Source: Vitrella brassicaformis CCMP3155 (Eukaryota > Protista > Chromerida). Taken from it: a stretch of 64,000 bases of DNA. Below, one piece after another: positions 1 to 13,008 of this stretch (positions are counted from its first letter, which is position 1; every line of letters begins with the position of its first letter). The stretch is from NCBI GenBank assembly GCA_001179505.1, contig CDMY01000385.1, positions 248,001 to 312,000 on the forward strand, written 5' to 3'. The notes under the pieces are model-generated. The model worked only from the letters and a program-made list of their open reading frames with translations. It was not told where the DNA came from and did not search any database. The translations under genes were made by a program, and so were the position numbers.

Positions 1-3000
1 AGCTGTCGCTGACGGCCTTCGAGGTGGACGAGCCGACGCGCGACGACGAGGCTGCTGGGGAGTCCAACCTGCGCGTGTCCTTCGCCACCACCAAAGCTGC
101 CAAACAGTCGCCAGAACTGCCCGCAGGTCACCCAAGAATGGACGCACATCCAACAGTGGTCTGTGTCTCATGTCTATGACATGTTTTGTGCTGCAGCGAG
201 TCCCCGCCCGCCGCAGACCGACACGCCCCCGAGTGGCGATGAGGCTGAGGGCAGGGAGGCTGAGGGGCAGGGCAAGAAAGGCATACTCAAGCGGATGTCG
301 ATCGCCAGCTCCAAGGAGATGCGCACCCCCAGGGACAAAGACAAACGCATCTCTTTCGCATCGATGCGACAGGTAAAGTCACCCACACACCCACCAATCC
401 ACTCACCTCCCCAACCAGCACACTGACGTGTCTGTCAGGTGGTGCGTTTCGATGCCGAGCAGGAGCGTCCCGACTGTGTGAGTCAGGAAGCGATGGCCAA
501 CCCACCCAAGACACCCACACCACAACCCTTGCCAGAGCAAGAGGAAGACAGCGCCGATGAGGCTGCCAAGGACACACCCGGCCGGCCGCCACGCACCAAC
601 CGAGCCGTCGATCCCAAGCCATCCTCCCCTCCCTGCCAGCCTCGAGGCCGTCCATGCCCCGCTCCTGCCATGAAACCCCCCTCTCCTCCCTCACCCGACT
701 CGCTCCCCTCGCCCGTCGCACCGCCACGCCCCCCCTCCCCCCCACCTGTCGTCCCACCGCTGCCACGTGACAGCGAACAACAGAATGAGCCCGAGCAACA
801 CGATGAAGAGCAGCCCGACGAGCAGTGAGCACATCATCCAATTGCATGTGTCTCTGTGAGTTCACATTTGTGTCCTTTTGTGCAGGATGGAGGAGCCGCA
901 GGGCGAGCAGGTGTCTGAGTCTGAGCAGAAGCGGCTGAAGCGTCGCCGGTCGGTGGGCGCCAAGAGCAAGGCCAAGCCGAAGCCCAAGATGGGTCTCAGC
1001 AGAGCCCAGGTCCAGGCGAAGGCCAAGAAGGCGTCTGCGGCTGCTCGTGTGGATGTGGAGATGGTGGAGGAGGATCGCGACCAGGAGGAGGAGGAGAAGG
1101 AGGAGGAGGAGGAGGAGAAGGAGGAGCCCAAGAAGGTGGCCAAGACCAAGAAGCGCAAGGAGCGGGTCGAAATCATGTGAGACACCACCGCACCTTAACA
1201 CACAGACAACATCCTCTCCCGTGTATGCAAACATACATACCTTCCTTCATGGCATTGTCTGTGCGTATGTTGCTATGTCAGGCTTGACGAAATGGATGAC
1301 GTGTCTGCCGACGAGGAGGGCGATGTCGAGATGAAGCCCAAACATGACCTGGCTAAGAAACACAATCGCAAGTGAGACAGAAATGACACACCCACACCAC
1401 CTCTGGCACATGAGCATCTCGCTCTGCGTCTGCCAGGGTGGATGAGGTGGTCGGCAAGTCCCACAAGGAGTTCTACGGTGTCGAGAGGCCCATGCGCAAG
1501 GACGATGGTGCCAAGAAGAAACCCGACCGCAAGTGAGCACAAAGCCAGCAACATTCCACTCACCCACGCACACGTGTTGTCTTTGTTACACAGGGTTGGT
1601 GAGGTGGGTGGCAGGTCTGGAAAGGAGCGTGACGGCGTCGAGATGAAGCCACACAAGGCCAAAGGCGACGATGCCAAGAAGAAACCCGACCGCAAGTGAG
1701 AGTTTCACAAGAACGACATCCATACCAGCCCCCCACACAACTGACTTGATGTGTGTATCAGGGTGGTGAAGGCCAAGTCGAAGCCTCGCTCACCGCCCCC
1801 TCCGCCCCGCAGCCCATCGCCCCCGCCCACACCTCCCCCTGCGCACCAGCAAGACCAAGACCACGACCAAGAAGACGTCGTCATGGCGCCACCGCATGCC
1901 GACCAAAAGGCCGTGCCGCAGCCCAAGCAGCAGAAGCCGCCCCGTCCTGCCGCGCCCAAGGCTGCCGCGGCCAAGGCTGCCGCGGCCAAGGTGGAGGGCA
2001 AGGGAGAGCTGAAGGGCAAGGGGGATGGGAAGCGCAAGGCGCCTCTGCTGCTCCGCCGCCTGTCGCCGTCGCCAGTGGATAATGAGTCGCCTAAGAAGTC
2101 GCCTAAGAAGTAAGACGGAAGCGAGGCGGGAACATGTGGATGGATCTCTCTGTCTGCATGTGTTGTCTTGTGTGTCATCAGAGCTGTTGCCAAGCCAGCT
2201 GTTGTCGAGCGCGCGGGGTCCGAGCCGCCTGTCAAGCCATCGGGGTGACGACCTGCATGCACACAACACACGCACCACATACACCCACGCACACACGACA
2301 GTCATCCTGTGTTCTCTCCGCTCACCGTCAGTGCGTTGAAGCGTCGTGCCGCCCACGTGAGGAAAAAGTCGCCAGCAGCCCAGCCTGTCGTCCGTGACCC
2401 GGAGGCCCCGCCCACGCCGCCCAGATCTGCTGTGCACAAGCGCGGCCAGGGCGACCTCCTGCACGACTGGCTCGAGTCGCCTTCCCTGGACTGGGAGGAC
2501 CTCGGCGTCAGTTTCGGGCGGCCGGTCAACAGTGCCAAGAGGGCATTCAGACTCACCAGCAAGGTGCCGCCCAAAGCCAAACCAAAGGCGGCCAAACCAA
2601 AGGCCAAAGCGACGAAGGTGAATGGATGCGTCCACACATCGATCTGATGTGATTGATGCGTACATGAATGTCTCTTCGTCTTTGAATGCAGGTGGTTGGT
2701 GCTGGCGGTGGTGTTGCGAAGCGTGCGGGCGGCGGGGGAGGCGGTGGGGGTGGGGGTGCTGCTGGCAAGAAGCGGCAGGGCGCCCCGCCTGCCAAGCCGC
2801 CCGCCAAGAAGAAGCAGAGGATCGACAACAACAAAGCACTGAAGCCTGTAGCAGATCGCAATGACGGTAACACGGACGCGAAGAAGGGAAAAAGGGAAGG
2901 TCCTAATGGCCTGTGTGTGCGTACTTGTGCAGATGATGGTATGTCGCTTGAGTTTGGTGATGACGAGCCCGCCCCTCGCGAGCCCCGCCTGCAGCCACAC

Positions 3001-3225
3001 GTGCGCGTCGCTGCATCGGCCATCGACCGTGCACTCAAACGGAAGGACACAGACCTGCACGGACTCATTCGCATGCTGGTAAGTGACCCTCCCACTCGTA
3101 CCTTCCATTGACATGGCGATGGAGACATATGTGTGGGTGGGTGTTGCCCCGTGTGTATGTGTGTGTGTGTGTGTGTGTGTCAGGAGAGTAAGTTGCAGAC
3201 TGCCGAGAATATGTTGAAGGCATGA
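1..3225 (+). CDS. 5'-partial multi-exon low-complexity (Pro/Lys/Glu-rich) protein of unknown function
   Basis: GT-AG introns (127-196, 373-438, 825-885, 1177-1281 and others) join the + strand ORF pieces in frame. The last exon, 3184-3225, reads ESKLQTAENMLKA*. No recognisable domain. Confidence 0.7.
1282..1695 (+). repeat. Three tandemly duplicated symmetric exons (1282-1371, 1437-1532, 1594-1695)
   Basis: Exons are 90, 96 and 102 nt, all flanked by phase-2 introns. They share GxE(M/R)(K/P)...AKK(K/H)xxRK, and the last two end in the identical sequence gccaagaagaaacccgaccgcaa|gtgag. Confidence 0.8.
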
Positions 3226-3714
3226 TCGCACACACACACGCGTCCATCCATTCACGCAGCTGTGTCGCAGGCACACAGAAAGAGACAGACAGACAGACCG
3301 ACCCCATACATCACCATCGAAGGACACTTGCAATGACATCGACAGCCAGTGTATGTCGGCCATGACGCATCCATGTACGTGTGGACGTCTGTATGCACGC
3401 CTGTGATCGGACCATCGATTCCATCGCATCTGCATGACTGATTCAAATACATCATGATGCAGTCGTGTCTCAGCTTACTTGGTCACTCAGCGCCTGCGTT
3501 GCATCTCGTCTCTGGTGCCAGTGTGTGTCCTGCTGGAACCACACTAGCACAAGAGAACATGTACCTCCCAGCCCTTTCTCCCCAGGAACAAGCCAGATCT
3601 GCGGTGCGTTTCTCGGAGTCGTGGGGGCGTCTTTCTCGAGTGCATGCAGACGCCCCCTAGCCCGCTCGGAGCACCTGCGGACGCCAACAAACTTCTGCGG
3701 CATTCGTTTGCATC

Positions 3715-6700
3715 ATGCCCTCTCAGGCCGAATCACAGACCGCCGCGGCCTCCCCAGCCCCCCAACAGCCCCAAGAGAGGGAGGACGCAGGCGATGTGGA
3801 TGGGTTTGAGTTCAAGAGCATCACTGACTTCCCCGAGTACGCCACCATCTGTCAGTTTGAGCTCACCAGCCCCAGGAGCATCCTCGCTTGCGCAAATGAA
3901 GGCATAGATCCCGCTGATCTCTTCTACAAGTGATGACGGGAAGGGCCGCTTTCTCATGGTGTTCTCATTTTCCCTATGTTCTTGTGTGCAGGCCGATAGA
4001 GACGTTTGCCGAGAAGGGTCTGGAGCCGAGGCTCATCAAACTCAGATACGACTTCTTCGAGGCCAAAAGACAAGGTATCCCGCTCACCGCTCACACACTG
4101 TCTGGACGGATGGCAATCCGTTGGTGTGTGTTTCAGATGTGTTGGCGGCTGTCCGTCGGGCCTACGAGAAGATCTGCGAGAAGAATCCGTCCATATCGGC
4201 CCTCCACACCAGCAGAACCCTCATCCCCGCCCTCTCGCTCTCACAGCCGCCCCCATTCTATGGCCAACCCACAACAGGACCTACTCCGCTCCTTGATGCC
4301 CTCGGGCCGTCGCGCCGAGGGGGCAAGCAGGGCAAGTCCGCACCGACACCGACACCGGGCGCTTTGCCGCTGTCTCTGTCCACTTTCTCTGCCGGCGTAC
4401 ACGCGCATGAGTCCAAGAGTGTGCGCAGTGTGGGGGCGGGGAGCGCTGTGGACGCTAGCCTCCTCAGCGCCGTCAGCTCGACCGAAGTGGCCGACAGTTC
4501 GGCACTCAGGTACCTCCCTCCCTACCCTCCTGAGACATCTGATTGTAGGTGTTGTGTGGGTGAAGGTTGGAGCGTGCGCGCCACGAGAGGGTCAAGGAGC
4601 ACGAGAAGCGGTGGATCCGCAACACCTTGGAGGCCACCATCCAGCACGTCAAGGACCTCGAGCACGGCTCAGAGGTCCTCGAGGCAGACACCAAACTGGC
4701 CGAGCAGAAGATGGCCGATGCTTCACGCAGACTCAAGGAGCTCAACGACAAGAGGGTGAGACGAGGGGGTCATTGATTGCGTCTGTGCGTCGTTCATGTG
4801 TGTGATTGCATTGCATGCAGCGTCAAGAGAGGGACGAGAAGCAGGCTGGGCTGCGGATGATGCAGAAGATCGAGAGAGAAAAGGTAAGGTCACCACCTGC
4901 CCCGCCGTATCTGTTTGTTTGTGCACGTGCATGTGTGTGTGTGCTGCCCGGCTGCGTTACCAACTTCAATAGGCCAAGGAAACCTTCGAGCGGGAGCTCA
5001 AGGAGGAGCAGCAGCGCGTCCAGAAGGAGGTAAGCGGCATTCATGGTGCACAACACGGGCAAGGCAAGCTGGATCCATCATCGGGCCCGCCATGAGACAC
5101 AACACATGTCTATCCGTCTGTCTGCAGTTCGCCGAGGCCCGCCGGCGATTCGAGGTCCATGTGGCCAACGAGAAGAAAAAGGTACGTACGTACGAGCGTG
5201 GCCAGTGAGCATCATGAATCAATCCACCCATACTCGTCACGTGAGCATATCTACGTGGCTGCAGGCCGACTTCCAGAGGCAGCAGGAGCTCGCCAGGGAC
5301 CGGTGGGCAAATGGATGCGTGGAGACAGACAGACAGGCAGACAACAGCACGCCATGTGCCTATGTGTGCGCACATCACATGCAGTGAGTATCAGCGTCAG
5401 CAGGAGCGGCTGGCCAACATGCTCAAGCAAGACGAGGAGAGAGGCCGCATTCTCCAGAAGTCCAGAGACGTAATCCAACAAGCAAGGGAAGAACGGCGCC
5501 ACAAAAGGGAATTGAATGTCTGTGTGTGTATGTGTGTGTCTACATACCATACAGGAGTTCCAGCGGCACCTCCGGGAAAAAAAGGCGGACAAGGACGCCA
5601 AGATACAGGTGGGTGTGTTCGTGTATGTGATAGCTAGGTCAGGACACACAGGAGACACGTCTGTGTCTCTCTGTTTGTCTGTCTGTCTGCCTACAGGCTG
5701 CGTTGAGCAAGGACGAGGCCATTCGCGAGGAGAAGCGTCGCGCGTATGAAGAGAAGAAAGAGAGAGAAAACACCAAGGAGGAAATGCAGGCACAGAGAAG
5801 GGTCAGCACCCCCTCGATCCCCTCACACACACACACACACACAGAGACACCATCTCTTTCTCTCTCCTGGTTTTGCGTGTGTGTATGTGTGTGTATGCAG
5901 GCGCTGCAGCAGGAGGAGTCCGCCAAGCGTTCCTTCCAGCTGATGATGAAGCGCCGCATCGCCGCCGACGAGGCCAAGCGCAAGCAGGAGGAGTTCCAGC
6001 ACAACGTCCAGGAGCACCAGCGGCAGGTCGACGAGAGGCTCAAGGAGCACCAGGCCAAGCAGCAGAAGTACCTCCAGTTCAAGAGGGAGCTCGACGCTCT
6101 CAAGGAGAACAACAAAGAAATGAACGTCGAAAGGTATCTACAGGACAGCCACACACACACACACACATGGATGGATGGATGGATGGATGGTATGAATGTA
6201 TGTGTTGGATGTTGGTGTGGATGTGGTGTGCAGGCAGCGTCGTCGTGACGCCTTCCGTCGGGCGCAGCTGCAGGCAGACCTCAACAGCAAGCTGGGCAAG
6301 GCCACGGCGCTGGAGATGGAGAGGGCCCACATGTGGAACGAGCGCAAACAAATGATCGTGGCCGCACAGCTGCAGCGCAGGAAGGTCAGCCGAGCAGCAC
6401 GGACGGACGGCAAAGAAAGAAAGACAGAGGGAAGAGGAGGCGACGCATTCAGACATTGGTGTCTGTCTGTCTGTCTGTGTATTGTCTATTGTGCAGATCA
6501 AGGAGCAGATCCACCAGATGCACCTCAAGTCAAGCTTCAGCTCCGACCAGATGTAGCCACACAAGGAGAGACACAGCACGTGGTGGTCATCCACCCACTT
6601 TCTTTGTCTCCGTGGGTGTCTCCTTCTGTGTCAGTGTGCGGACCATCCTGGAGCTGCAGTCCGAGCCCCAGTTCCAATGCATCGCCCTCGACGACTTCTC

Positions 6701-6968
6701 CTCCTCCCACGCACACTCACTCCAGAGCCACAACCCCCACGCAGCGTCAATGCCAGCACTACTCCACCAACAACCACAGGAAAAGCCAAAGACAAAAGAG
6801 AGAGATGAGGCCAAGGGCGAGAGGCGGGAAGAGGAAGAGGAGGTCCAGCGTGTGTCTGGGCCGCACATTCTGGTGCCTGGGAAGCACCCTTTTGCGGCGA
6901 CAGCTAACACTACTGGAAATGGCAACAATGGTGCTGGGGAGCAGGGAGCGGGGGAGGTGAGGACATGA
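3715..6968 (+). CDS. Coiled-coil protein, CCDC177/DUF4659-like N-terminus
   Basis: The spliced N-terminus FELTSPRSILACANEGIDPADLFYKP...LRYDFFEAKRQ resembles the LTSPRSLEAC motif of CCDC177-type proteins (recalled from memory). A long E/K/R/Q coiled coil follows over many exons. Confidence 0.7.
5802..5900 (+). repeat. Representative intronic microsatellites: (AC)n near the 5' end and (GT)n near the 3' end (pattern recurs window-wide)
   Basis: gtcagc...(ac)n...(gt)n-atgcag. Similar tracts occur in introns of VDE, GBP, the hydrolase and others, along with (gaca)n, (tgga)n and (ggca)n. Confidence 0.9.
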
Positions 6969-7179
6969 ATGACGTGACGTACGTCTGTGTGAGCCTTCTT
7001 TCTGGCCTGTCAGTAAGTGAGGGTTGGCATTGATTGTGTTGCGACTTTTATACTGTGTGCACGGTCATGTGTGTTCAACATGTGCTACGAGGCAATCAAT
7101 CGTCTCGGTCAGTCAGTGCCCATCATCAAATATTGACAGCCCAGCAGCTCATCAAGGCATGCACATGCAATAATCGGTC

Positions 7180-8641
7180 TTACTTCAATGGATTGCCCCC
7201 CACGGAGTCCCACAGAGGCCCCAACAGCCGCTCCACCTCACTCATACCCTGACCACACACACACACGCACAGACATGCCCGCCCGCGCCACACACGTGAC
7301 ACATACACAATCGACGTGCTTTTCGCCTCCTTACCTCTCTCGGTTCACTCGCCGCCAGCCTGATGACCACCCCGTGTGCCCTGCCGCCCGCACCTCCCAG
7401 TCCCCCGCTCCTCAGCCGCACCTCCCCGCCCCTCTCCTCAACATAGACACCACTCGCATTTACCAGCAGTCCGTCAGCACATACCACTGTCGCGCCGCCA
7501 GAGTGCGGCCGCTTCCTGCTCAGCTCGGTGAGCAGGCGATTCGCCAGCTCCTCGACGGCGGGGCCGAAGAGCACGATGATGGCGAGCAGTCGGTAGGCGG
7601 CCATTGCGTGTGTGAGGGGCAGCGTGGGGGTCGAGGAGAGTTTGACTGAGTCGCGGAAGAGGGGGAGGGGCGTGGGGTTGTTGGGTGTTGGGGTGTCTGG
7701 TGCTACTGCTCCTGCGTGCTGCAGATGGATGACGTTGGTCGTCTCGTAGGCGAAAAATGCCCACAGCTCGTCACTCGCAACACGACCTGCAGCCGCACCA
7801 CGGATGATGAGAGCATCACGGCGCGTCAACCAGTCTTCTCACCGGCCACGATCCAGTCGAGCAGGACCACGCTGCCACACTCGTGGGGAGAGAAGGGCCG
7901 CCTGGTGTCAGAGGCAGAAGGGTCATCGGCAGGCCTGGGGATGTACTCGACGGTGATGTGCTGATGCTGCCTGCAGGACACAACGCAGAAGGAGATAGCC
8001 GGCAGACAGGAAACAGACAGTACAGTGAATGAGATGATATATATTGGCATGTTAGTCACTTGAAGTGCGCATCTCTGAAGCAGATGATCGGATGTGGCAC
8101 CAAGGCCAGAAAGCCACGCGGCGATACCTGAACAAGCGAAAGCGACCAAACCGGTGTCCGATGAGGCCAGGCCGGCACACGCATCCACCGCTCACCCCAC
8201 CCTGCACGTCATCCTCTGTCCACTCGGCACAATGGTCTCGCTGCTGCCCCTCCCATGGTACACCATCCCGTACCCCTGCGTCGTCACCAGGGCACTCGCC
8301 GCACCCCTCACCTCCACCTGCAGATCGATGCAGTCCCCAGCCACCAACCCGGCGCCATAATTCAGCACGTACAGCCACTGACATGCGCTGCGCAGCGAAG
8401 GCACGTCCCCGCCTGTAGATCTGGGATGTTGCAATGAGTCGGTGGCCGCCGCCCGCTTGGGCACGTGCAGTCTGAGTGGGTAGGTGGCCTCGAGTGTGGC
8501 TGTGACTGGCCGCAGCGGCGGGGGAGGGAGGCAAGACGTGATGGGTGCGGGAAGAGTGTCGAAGACGGCTCTGCCGCGAGATATGGATGCTGATGCATCG
8601 GTGGATGTGCTCGAGGCCTCAGTTGGTGCACCTGACGACAT
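7180..8641 (-). CDS. ureD: Urease accessory protein UreD (eukaryotic type), 5 exons
   Basis: The spliced product contains YPLRL, YVLNYGAGLVAGD, ALVTTQG, FLALVPHPIICFRDAHFKQHQ, VVLLDWIVAGRVASDELWAF and the C-terminus LLGPLWDSVGGNPLK*. These match UreD family motifs. Confidence 0.9.
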
Positions 8642-8895
8642 CACCTGGGAAACTAACAGCCGATTTCGTCTCTTTTCGTCGTCATCTTCCTCTCTCCCTC
8701 CCTTTCGCGTCGTCGTCGGATCTCGGATCTCCTAGCCGCTGCGAGCTATTGAGTTCGGATCGAGATTGTCTCGCTTGCGCTTCGAAGTTCGTATATTTGC
8801 CTTCGAAAGCGTTCCGCCCCATCGAGGAAGCGTCTTTGCAGAGACCGCGACGTTCTATTGCCGACCCCCACCCCACCCCCCTTCTGCTTATCGCC

Positions 8896-9572
8896 ATGTC
8901 GAAGCTGTCGAAGCTTTCGTCGGCGTATGACGCCTCGCTGCACCCCCGCCCCTTCATCCCCGCCCCCGGCAAGACCACCGGACCGCAGCAGTGCCGCAGC
9001 CAGGCCCGCAAACCCGCGAAAGACGGGAAGAATCCCTCTGGGCGCCGCGCTGAGGACGAGGCTGAGGACACTGCAGTGGGGTTGAAGGAGGTGGCTCGGC
9101 CGCAGGCCGTGATATCGACGGGAGTGCCCAGTGTGGAAACGGGCAACAGCACTCCCGTTGATATCACGGCGCCGCCAACCGTTCCCCCCCGCTTGAAGTT
9201 GACTATGGCGCCATGCATGCGCCTGCAGTGCAGCGTTCTTTCGCGTCGCCGCCATCGCACTATCGTCCCGTCCCGCTGCCGGTGCCCGTCATCGGCGACC
9301 CCCGGCTGATGTCGTCATATCCGCCTTTCTCAGCCCCTCGCACCCGCCTGCATTCCGAGACCTTCGGAAAGCTGATATCGTTTGAGGACATTCCCACAGG
9401 GCACCTCATCCCTGTGTATATGTTCTTCGGCACACCTGTGGCTTTGGCCGAGGCCAAGTGGGTGGCTGATTTGGCGGCCATGGGGCTCAAGGCGAAGATG
9501 ATGGGCGGAAAGGTGGACGAGGAGACGGGAGAGGCCGTGACGGGCGGATATTGGGTGGAGACCATCCAGTGA
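8896..9572 (+). CDS. Hypothetical intronless protein with an apparent -1 frameshift at the C7 run 9184-9190
   Basis: The ATG at 8896 opens a coding-like frame to ...APPTVPP. The coding-like C-terminal half (PLEVDYGAMHAP...GGYWVETIQ*) is in another frame that has a stop at 9159. One extra C would fuse the two halves. Confidence 0.5.
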
Positions 9573-9950
9573 CACGACACGATAGCGACACGAGGACACA
9601 CAGACGCAAAGGAGAGTGTGTGTGGGAACGGTGTGTGTGTGAGAGTGGTTTGATATGCGGCTGGGTGGATGGGTGGTGTGTGGTTGGTGTGAGAGAGCTA
9701 ATGATAAGGAGAGGGATGTGACACGTACGTGAACATCCGCCCTGTCTCTCTCGGTGTGATGGATGGCGATGGGGGGGATGGATGGATGGATGGATGGGTA
9801 TGATCGAGGGTTTTCAACGAATGCGTGCAGCGCAGTTTCTGCAGTGATGTGCTGTGTGATAAACATAAGCCATGATCACATGATCCACTAGAGGTTACTT
9901 ACCTTCATGATTGAGTTGGTGATTTCTCGGCTGTTTCTCCTCCTTTTCGG

Positions 9951-10301
9951 ATGAGCGAGCGTGTATCGGACTACACCCAACCCCCTCCACCTACCCTCAT
10001 CCCGCGAGACGGCGGCGGGCCCCCCTGTTGCGCATGCAACGAGAAAGGGACGTCTGCGCTGTCCACATGCAGCCGACGATGTGACTGCCGGAATCACAAG
10101 CGCCTCTGCACTAACTGTGTTAACTGCAAGCGCGGCACATGCACGAATTTTGCGTATCCGGCGGACCCGGCCGTTTGCGATGATGATGATGATGATGAAT
10201 CGGATGCCGTCTCTGGATGGATTCGCTCTCGCTTGTCTATCGCCCTCGCGCGTGCGACTAGCTTCTGTCTGCGTGGTGCTGATGGGACTGTATTTGTATG
10301 A
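9951..10301 (+). CDS. Small Cys-rich protein with a CXC/CRC (tesmin-like) Zn-cluster motif
   Basis: The motif is C-x-C-x10-C-x3-C-x-C-x6-C-x2-C-x2-C-x4-C-x-N (CACNEKGTSALSTCSRRCDCRNHKRLCTNCVNCKRGTCTN), followed by a poly-Asp tract. The 3' structure is uncertain. Confidence 0.5.
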   Translation: MSERVSDYTQPPPPTLIPRDGGGPPCCACNEKGTSALSTCSRRCDCRNHKRLCTNCVNCKRGTCTNFAYPADPAVCDDDDDDESDAVSGWIRSRLSIALARATSFCLRGADGTVFV

Positions 10302-10874
10302 GTATCACGGACACACAGACGAGTGTTACGGTTAATGACAGTTTCCACTGTGCTGTGTGCATCACACAGGTCGCTCTCTTCAGATTTGCTCTCTTGCTCT
10401 CAATCATGCCTCGCTGCAGTGGGTGGGGCTACTTACTGCATGTGCATATGTACGTGTGCAATTGAGTGTTCTTCCTTCCTTCCTATCGATCTGTGTGCGT
10501 CCGTGTATCGTGGGCTGTGAGCTGCCTATTTTTCCCTCGATCTCTGCTTTGGCGAGAGGAGGACAGACAGATGGATGGACACATCGATGTGACAAATGGA
10601 TGGGTGTGGTGGATGGTGAGCCTCTCTTGCGTGCAGACGGACAGACAGACCGCTTCACTTTCACATCAATGTACAATAGAAAACCAAACAGATTGAGCGG
10701 TGTGTGGACAAGTCTGAGATTCTCCTCATACATGCAATGCATCAGTCACAAACACACACGGACGATTTGGGGTCTTGCACTGCTTGTCGCACACATGCAG
10801 CACTGATGAATGTGTGCACTTGCGATCGTCAGACAGGCGGCCACGCTCTTCTGTGTGTGTGTGTAGATGGGCGC

Positions 10875-12556
10875 TCACAGTTCTCCGAACCAGTCGTCTT
10901 CGTCTGCGGCCTTGCTGCTCTGGTGGTGCTCGGCAGGGGCGGCCTTGGGCTGCTGCTGCTGGGGCGGCTTCATCGGCACACTCGATGCCTTGCGGCCGAT
11001 GTTGAATCCGAGCGCCTTCAACCCACACACACAGACACAGACAGAGATGACATGAAAACATGCCACTCCATGTGTGTCGCACTGATGTCTCCATACCTTT
11101 GGTTTCTGCCGCGGCTCTGCTGGTCAGGTGGCTGGCTTGGCAGGTGGCTTGGCGACGGGAGTGGGCTCCTTCCGTGCCTGATATCATGACACAACAACAG
11201 CAAGACGATCCATCTACCCACCCTCCTACCCACCCAGCCACTGTCCGTCTGTGTGTGGTAGACTGACTGGTCTGCAGGAGTGCTTTGAGTTTGGCGTTGC
11301 CTCGACTGGATGCGGACGAGGCAACCGACTGGGGGCTGGTGTTGGGCTGTTTGGAGTTGGGGTTGGTTGGCGGCCGCAGTGGGAGCAGGCGGGTCTATCC
11401 TGGGCAGTTCCCAGACGAGGGCAACGATTCAGGTGTAGAAGACGCTACATATCAACAGGAGTGTCACATGCAACCCACACATGCACCCACCCATCCATGC
11501 CCTTCGGTCATGCGTGTGTCTTTGTGTGTAGTCTCTGCACGTGCAGGCAATCGCCGCCGAAGGCAAAGCAGCAAGAGATGGACATCTATGCACCAATGCA
11601 TCTCTAGCCGGGCGTCATCCACCAGTGCACGTGATGCAGACACACAGGCCTGCCTTTCTCTCGTCTCTCTAGTCGAGCCATCCAGCCAGATGCTCCTCGC
11701 TCTCCCTCTGCCGCTTGGTGCCCCTTCCCTGGGCTGCACACACGTCAGCTGCATCCAGCTCCATCCTCGCGGCTCTCACAAAGCCGAAGAACTGGTCCCT
11801 AGCAGCAACATCAGCAGCAGCAGCAGCACCAGCAGCAGAGGTGCTATCGTCGTCAGCCCAGCCGCCTCTTTCCTCTCCATCAGGAGAGGCCGTCGATGTG
11901 GGCGAGAGGTCCAGGGCGTCAGTGCTCGAAGGATCTTGGCTCGAAGACCCCTCCGCTAAGGGCAGAAGGAGGCGGGTGCGTGGGGGCATCGCTGCCGGCG
12001 CAGCAGGAAAGTTTCTCCGTTGAGATTGAGGGAGGGCAAACGCCCACACAAAGATAGCAAGCCACACAAGAAGCGCCTCAATGGCCACATGAAGGGCGGA
12101 GGATAGAGGGATCGTTGCTGCGGTAGGTGGCTCGCCGAGAAGGCAAAGTACTTGGGTGCTGACGCGCACCGTCGAAAAGCCCAAGCTGCAGACGAGGGCG
12201 AAAGGCAAAGAGATCTCCCGACAGAACGGCACAACGGCCAACAGAGAAAAGCCGAAAGTGAGCCTCGCTAGCGTCTCTCTCAGTGGCTGCAGGTGCCCCT
12301 CAAAGCGACACGTCGACGAGGTATCAGAGGAAAGCGATGAGTTCCCAGCGGCTGCAGGGGCACCAGTGCCATTGGAGAGAGAGGCAGATCCTTGTTGATG
12401 CGATGAATGCGATGAAGAAGACGCGTTGGGTGAGGAGGGAAGAACAGACGGGGAACGTTGAGATGGCAGCCCACGCTGGCGGAACAGCAGGATCGTTGTG
12501 AGGAGGGACATGACGATTGGAAGAGGACGGATGGGCGTGCCGACCAGCTCCAACAT
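10875..12556 (-). CDS. Hypothetical membrane protein (several hydrophobic segments), multi-exon
   Basis: A long ORF has hydrophobic stretches (LPIVMSLLTTILLF; FGFSLLAVVPF; IEALLVWLAIFVWAFAL). Downstream spliced exons end in ...KAADEDDWFGEL*. The internal exon structure and start are uncertain. Confidence 0.5.
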
Positions 12557-13008
12557 GCCGATGCGCCTCTCGCCGACCAGCAGGGCTGCAGGGAGGAAGC
12601 CAGGCCGACCTCCTGGGGCGCTTTCACCACTAAGAGCCTCGCTTGCAATGGCCAATGATGGATGCGAAGAGGGTGGGAGATCTGGGCCCGAGAGCGAGGT
12701 CGGTGTGGATGAGGCCGCCTGGCGGTGGGAACGTTGGGAGCGTTGCGTCGCAAGAGCCTCCTACCGCATCATGGTGGTGCTGGTGTGATGGTTGAGATGA
12801 GAGATCTGATGCAGCAGCTCGGGAGGTAGATCCAGGGCGGCCTTGCCGAGGAAGCGTTGTTGGTCAGCGCCCTCCACGCTTGCCGCGAGCAATGGAATGC
12901 TCTTCTCTACTGCAGTGGTCCAAATGCCGTGCGCGAGAGAAATGGCCAAAAAAGGAGCGATGAGGATCGTAAATCCACAACGATCCTCGCCGCGTAGGGA
13001 GCGGGGCG

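Noticed and set aside
287-1234. 315-aa minus-strand ORF with poly-Leu
   Set aside because: It is the antisense shadow of the Glu/Lys-rich + strand exons. The same applies to 1790-2839, 33035-33847 and 33762-34856, which is common at this GC content.
8192-8200. In-frame TGA in the ureD ORF, a possible second Sec or readthrough
   Set aside because: It lies within an intron (agg|gtggggtga...ttcag|gta tcg). Splicing restores a continuous UreD.
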